10,807 nucleotides of DNA from Oligoflexia bacterium (GTDB lineage: Bacteria > Bdellovibrionota > UBA1018), in assembly GCA_043732485.1 (NCBI GenBank), contig JAYTHP010000173.1, positions 1 to 10,807 on the forward strand, read 5' to 3'. Positions 7,436-10,807 of the stretch are shown one piece after another. The notes under the pieces are model-generated. The model did not search any database and was not told the DNA's origin. It was given only the letters and a program-made list of their open reading frames with translations. The position numbers and the translations under genes are program-made. Positions within the stretch are counted from its first letter, which is position 1; each line of letters opens with the position of its first letter.

Positions 7436-7615
7436 GCTTGAAAAAACTGGCCTGACCATTTACCGTCCTTTCATCCAGGGAGGCAAGCGCCTGATGAGCC
7501 CCGCAGGACTGTGCACCACCCTCACCACAGCTCCCACCCAAACAAACCTTTGAGGGTGGCAAGCCTGCACGCTCAAAGCAACTGATTCAATAATGCTACC
7601 GACAAACAAATCATC

Positions 7616-8821
7616 ATGCATGACCTAGCCCATGACCTAGCCGCAAACGCTCTCACCCCACCCCCTCGTTTCCAGATTCTTTCTCACCCTCAGTTATTGG
7701 AGCACGCAACCGCATACTCATCACCCTTAGGCTCCAGCTCAAGTTATCCTGAAAGCCCCGAGCGACTGCAAAGCGTTTTGCAGTCGCTGCAGCAAGGCCC
7801 GGCAAGTCGCGCTCTCGATGTGACTTGCACGCGGGTGGCGCAGTGGAGTGAACTTGCCTGGACCCATACGGCTGATTATCTGGCAAAAATTCAGCCCCTC
7901 GAAGGTCTTACAGGTGAATTTTTACCAGAAACCTTGTTCTCCCCGCACTCAGTGGAGGCCGCACGCCGTGCCGTCGGCCTAGGCCTTGAGCTGCTCGATC
8001 GCTGGCTGAGCCAACAGCTCGAGGGCGGGTTTGCCCTAGTGCGTCCCCCAGGCCACCACGCGACTGCCACTGCAGGCGGGGGGTATTGTATTTTTAACAC
8101 GCTTGGGGTGGTGGCCCACGCTGCCTTGCGGCAGGGCGTGCGGCGTATTTTAGTCTTAGACTGGGACGTCCACCATGGCAACGGCACCCAGTCGCTCTTT
8201 TACGCCGATCCCCGCGTGCTATTTATCGATTGGCATCAGGAAAACTTGTTTCCTGAGAACTCAGGGCGTCTCGAAGAGCAAGGTGTTGGCGAGGGACGAG
8301 GCTTTACGATCAACTTTCCCATGCCACATTCCTGCCAGGACAACGATTACCTTTTTCTCTTCGATCAAGGAGTCGCACCCCAAGCCCGTGAGTTTGATCC
8401 GGAACTCATTTTGGTGTCTTGTGGGCTGGATGCTCATGAGGCGGATCCTTTAGGATCCATGCGCCTCACCACCCAAGGCTTCACGCAGTTGTCTGGTCGC
8501 TTGCGCAAACTTCAGCGCCAACTCCCACTTAAAAAAGCCTGCCAAAACCCACAGCAACCAGGCGTGCTGTTTTTTCTCGAAGGCGGCTATGAGGTGTCGG
8601 ACTTAGCCAAAAACGTTGCAGCGGTGATTGCTCCCTTTTTAACGCAGCCAACCCCTGCAGCCTCCGGTCACGCCCCGGACCACCTCCTCACCGCCAGCGA
8701 CTTGCAGGCGGCGGCTGACAATGACGACGAGAACCACAACGCAAAGGCCATCGACCCCCAGCAAGTGCGAGAGGAGGTCAAGCTCCTGCTCAAGCGCGTG
8801 CAAGCGCAAAGAGCGTCATGA
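7616..8821 (+). CDS. Zn-dependent histone deacetylase family protein (AcuC/AphA, class II-like)
   Basis: Motifs YPESPERL, RPPGHHA, GYCIFN, LDWDVHHGNGTQ, GEGRGFTINFP, SCGLDAHEADPLG, LEGGY. Catalytic His pair, Zn ligands (D, H, D) and Tyr are all present. Confidence 0.95.
   Translation: MHDLAHDLAANALTPPPRFQILSHPQLLEHATAYSSPLGSSSSYPESPERLQSVLQSLQQGPASRALDVTCTRVAQWSELAWTHTADYLAKIQPLEGLTGEFLPETLFSPHSVEAARRAVGLGLELLDRWLSQQLEGGFALVRPPGHHATATAGGGYCIFNTLGVVAHAALRQGVRRILVLDWDVHHGNGTQSLFYADPRVLFIDWHQENLFPENSGRLEEQGVGEGRGFTINFPMPHSCQDNDYLFLFDQGVAPQAREFDPELILVSCGLDAHEADPLGSMRLTTQGFTQLSGRLRKLQRQLPLKKACQNPQQPGVLFFLEGGYEVSDLAKNVAAVIAPFLTQPTPAASGHAPDHLLTASDLQAAADNDDENHNAKAIDPQQVREEVKLLLKRVQAQRAS
7619..7642 (+). 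repeat. 12-bp tandem duplication (CATGACCTAGCC)x2 encoding HDLA x2
   Basis: Two perfect copies directly after the HDAC start codon. Confidence 0.9.
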
Positions 8822-8847
8822 GCGAGAGACGAGCGAGCGGCAAGGAC

Positions 8848-10080
8848 TCAGCACGTTGTCCCACCGCCACCTGCGCCAGGCGAAGGAGATTGCAAAGGCG
8901 GGCGTGAGGGCCGACGTAGTGAAGGAGTCGAGATGAGCATCGCACACAGCAACACGCCCCAAGACTTCACCGAGAGTCGTTGCAACAATGCACCCGTCGT
9001 GCTGCCTAGGGTCTTTTGCGTGAACGCGGCAATCATCAGGATCCCGAGCACGCTAAGCGCGATCAATGTCCTTTTTTCCGCTTTGTGGAGCGTCGGGTGA
9101 GAAGGATCATCATGCTCCTGACAGGCGTTGACACAACCGTGCAACGTCAGGGTTGCCAGCGGAAAGGCCAAGACAAAACTATGAAAGCCTGCCAGCGGTT
9201 GCACCGTGGCACTGAGCGCAAGCCAGCCAGCCCAGCGCTGATCTGCGCTTAAATGTTGCGAGCGGAGGCGCCAAAACACGGCAAGCACCAAGCTCAGCGC
9301 TAGGGTGAGCGCTAGCATCAAGCCCGTCTGCTGTTCATCCAGTTCGAAAAGGCGAAAGAGCATCGACACAAGCCCTTGCGCTTGACTCCCCTTCACGGAG
9401 ATTTTCACCACCCCTGCCGCATCGATGCCAGGACCTGTGGCAGCCCGGTAGGATGCCATTAAATCCGAAAAACTTTGATGATGGGCCAGGAAAGCCGGAA
9501 TCGAAAGCCCGGTCAAGAGCACGAGCAGGCAAGCCACCCTACGCACGTCCCCTCGTTTCCACTGAAAGCCCAATAACGGAAAAAGCGTTACCAGTTTGAT
9601 GCTAAGTGCGTAGCTGAGCAGTAAAGTTGCGCAGTTTCGTAGCTGATGTTGGTAGACTGGTAAAAGCGCTAACGCCAGTGCCGTCAGTGGGAGTGAGACT
9701 TGGCCATCAAAAGCGTGCACCGTCCAGATCCCACTCCAAGTGACAAGCGATAAGCTCAGTAAACCGAGTGAGACCCGTTTTTTTAGCCACAACGCCACAA
9801 AGACCAGGGACATTGCCTCAACCCCACCCCAAATCAGTTTTGCTGCCGCAAGCGGTAAGCACCCGAGCGGTAAAAACAAGGGCAAGATCCACGGCGGGTA
9901 TTTAAAGGTCATCATGCCGTCGCGCGCCACCGAGTAAATCGGTGCGCCTTCGGTGACAAAAAGGTGCGCCGTGTTCCAATAAACCGTAAAATCTGGTGCA
10001 TTTTTTGCGGTGTTGCTTGCTAATGCCACCGCCAAAAGGATCAGCAGCAGCCAAAAACCTCCGTTGCTCAGCCTGATCAT
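8848..10080 (-). CDS. Glycosyltransferase family 87 (DUF2029), GT-C membrane glycosyltransferase
   Basis: 410-aa polytopic membrane protein with DFTVYW after TM1, FKYPPW, GQVS and SIKL motifs in the order typical of GT87. Confidence 0.85.
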   Translation of the reverse strand: MIRLSNGGFWLLLILLAVALASNTAKNAPDFTVYWNTAHLFVTEGAPIYSVARDGMMTFKYPPWILPLFLPLGCLPLAAAKLIWGGVEAMSLVFVALWLKKRVSLGLLSLSLVTWSGIWTVHAFDGQVSLPLTALALALLPVYQHQLRNCATLLLSYALSIKLVTLFPLLGFQWKRGDVRRVACLLVLLTGLSIPAFLAHHQSFSDLMASYRAATGPGIDAAGVVKISVKGSQAQGLVSMLFRLFELDEQQTGLMLALTLALSLVLAVFWRLRSQHLSADQRWAGWLALSATVQPLAGFHSFVLAFPLATLTLHGCVNACQEHDDPSHPTLHKAEKRTLIALSVLGILMIAAFTQKTLGSTTGALLQRLSVKSWGVLLCAMLISTPSLRRPSRPPLQSPSPGAGGGGTTC

Positions 10081-10289
10081 CTCACCTCATCTCCCAAGAC
10101 TCAGGCTATCTGAACGCCCAGTCAGTTTCCAGCCCCAAATGCGCCAGCACTGAAGCTTGTGCTCGTTACAAAACGGGCGCAACATCGCCCAAAACCCAGG
10201 GGGCGGGCGGGGGGAAAATCAAAGGGCAATTACCGCTGATGAGATCCTGACACCTCTCAAAAATGGGTACAGCCCGGCGCGACGCTCCC

Positions 10290-10313
10290 TGAGTCTAGCA
10301 ATGATTCTAGCAA
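10290..10313 (+). repeat. 12-bp direct repeat TGA(G/T)TCTAGCAA x2 in non-coding DNA
   Basis: TGAGTCTAGCAA then TGATTCTAGCAA, 11/12 identical. Confidence 0.8.
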
Positions 10314-10807
10314 TCCTGCTCTCAGCCCATTAAGGCATCATCTCTAAAAAACCGACAGTTCAATCAGCACTGCGGGTATTATTGCGATTTCAAGGACTTA
10401 TCAAACCTATCCTCGAGAGCTTCTGGGATTTTGCAAGCTCGTCAAAAAACGTTTCTTGAACTCTCTCTCCTATTGAAATCTCGAAAAATTTTTTAGATTT
10501 TTGGCTCCCCAGAGTTCCCATTTCATCGGTATAGACTTATTTTCTTGCACTAAGAGCGCGACAACGATTGACTGATAAGGAATAGGCCTCGGCCCTCAAA
10601 ATAATTCTTTTCGCTCCTGACTAAACTCAGCTTAGCCTTTCTAGGTAGGCTACTTACTCTCGAAGGACTGGCTTGAGGGAACGGACCTCATCAGACGGTC
10701 ACCTCTTACACTTGAACCTTGCGCCAAAATCATAAAAAAAGATTAAGATCGGCCACCATGGCTTGGTTAAGCCGCTTCTAGCCTCGACTTTACCTGATAG
10801 CAGCGTT

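Noticed and set aside
7491..7515. CTGATGA resembling a hammerhead ribozyme core
   Set aside because: No GAAA after a stem II, and the flanking stems cannot be built.
7178..7562. Short ORFs (60-87 aa) in the divergent intergenic region
   Set aside because: Low-complexity, homopolymer-driven translations without SD or motifs.
10081..10807. Replication origin or tRNA in the non-coding tail
   Set aside because: No clustered DnaA boxes (TTATCCACA) and no cloverleaf or T-loop signature seen.

Overview
Bacterial chromosomal window with eight supportable CDSs and no rRNA, tRNA, CRISPR array or mobile element. In order: an orphan, probably exported helical protein (+); an AI-2E/PerM transporter (-); a divergent two-gene operon (+) encoding a 135-aa protein with a Lys/Ala/Pro tail and a possible H2B-like histone fold, followed by a ~785-aa fusion of a ketopantoate-reductase-like Rossmann enzyme, a small OB-like linker and an EpmA/GenX-like class II aminoacyl ligase; a convergent GNAT-like protein (-); a small secreted protein (-); a Zn-dependent histone-deacetylase-family enzyme (+); a GT87/DUF2029 membrane glycosyltransferase (-); and ~730 bp without a long ORF. 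The main candidate novelty is the ligase, which keeps its ATP and amino-group residues but has lost the lysine side-chain pocket. It sits next to a tailed histone-like protein, a GNAT-like gene and an HDAC, which suggests a possible writer/substrate/eraser lysine-acylation system. All family calls come from motif recognition by eye; no searches were run.
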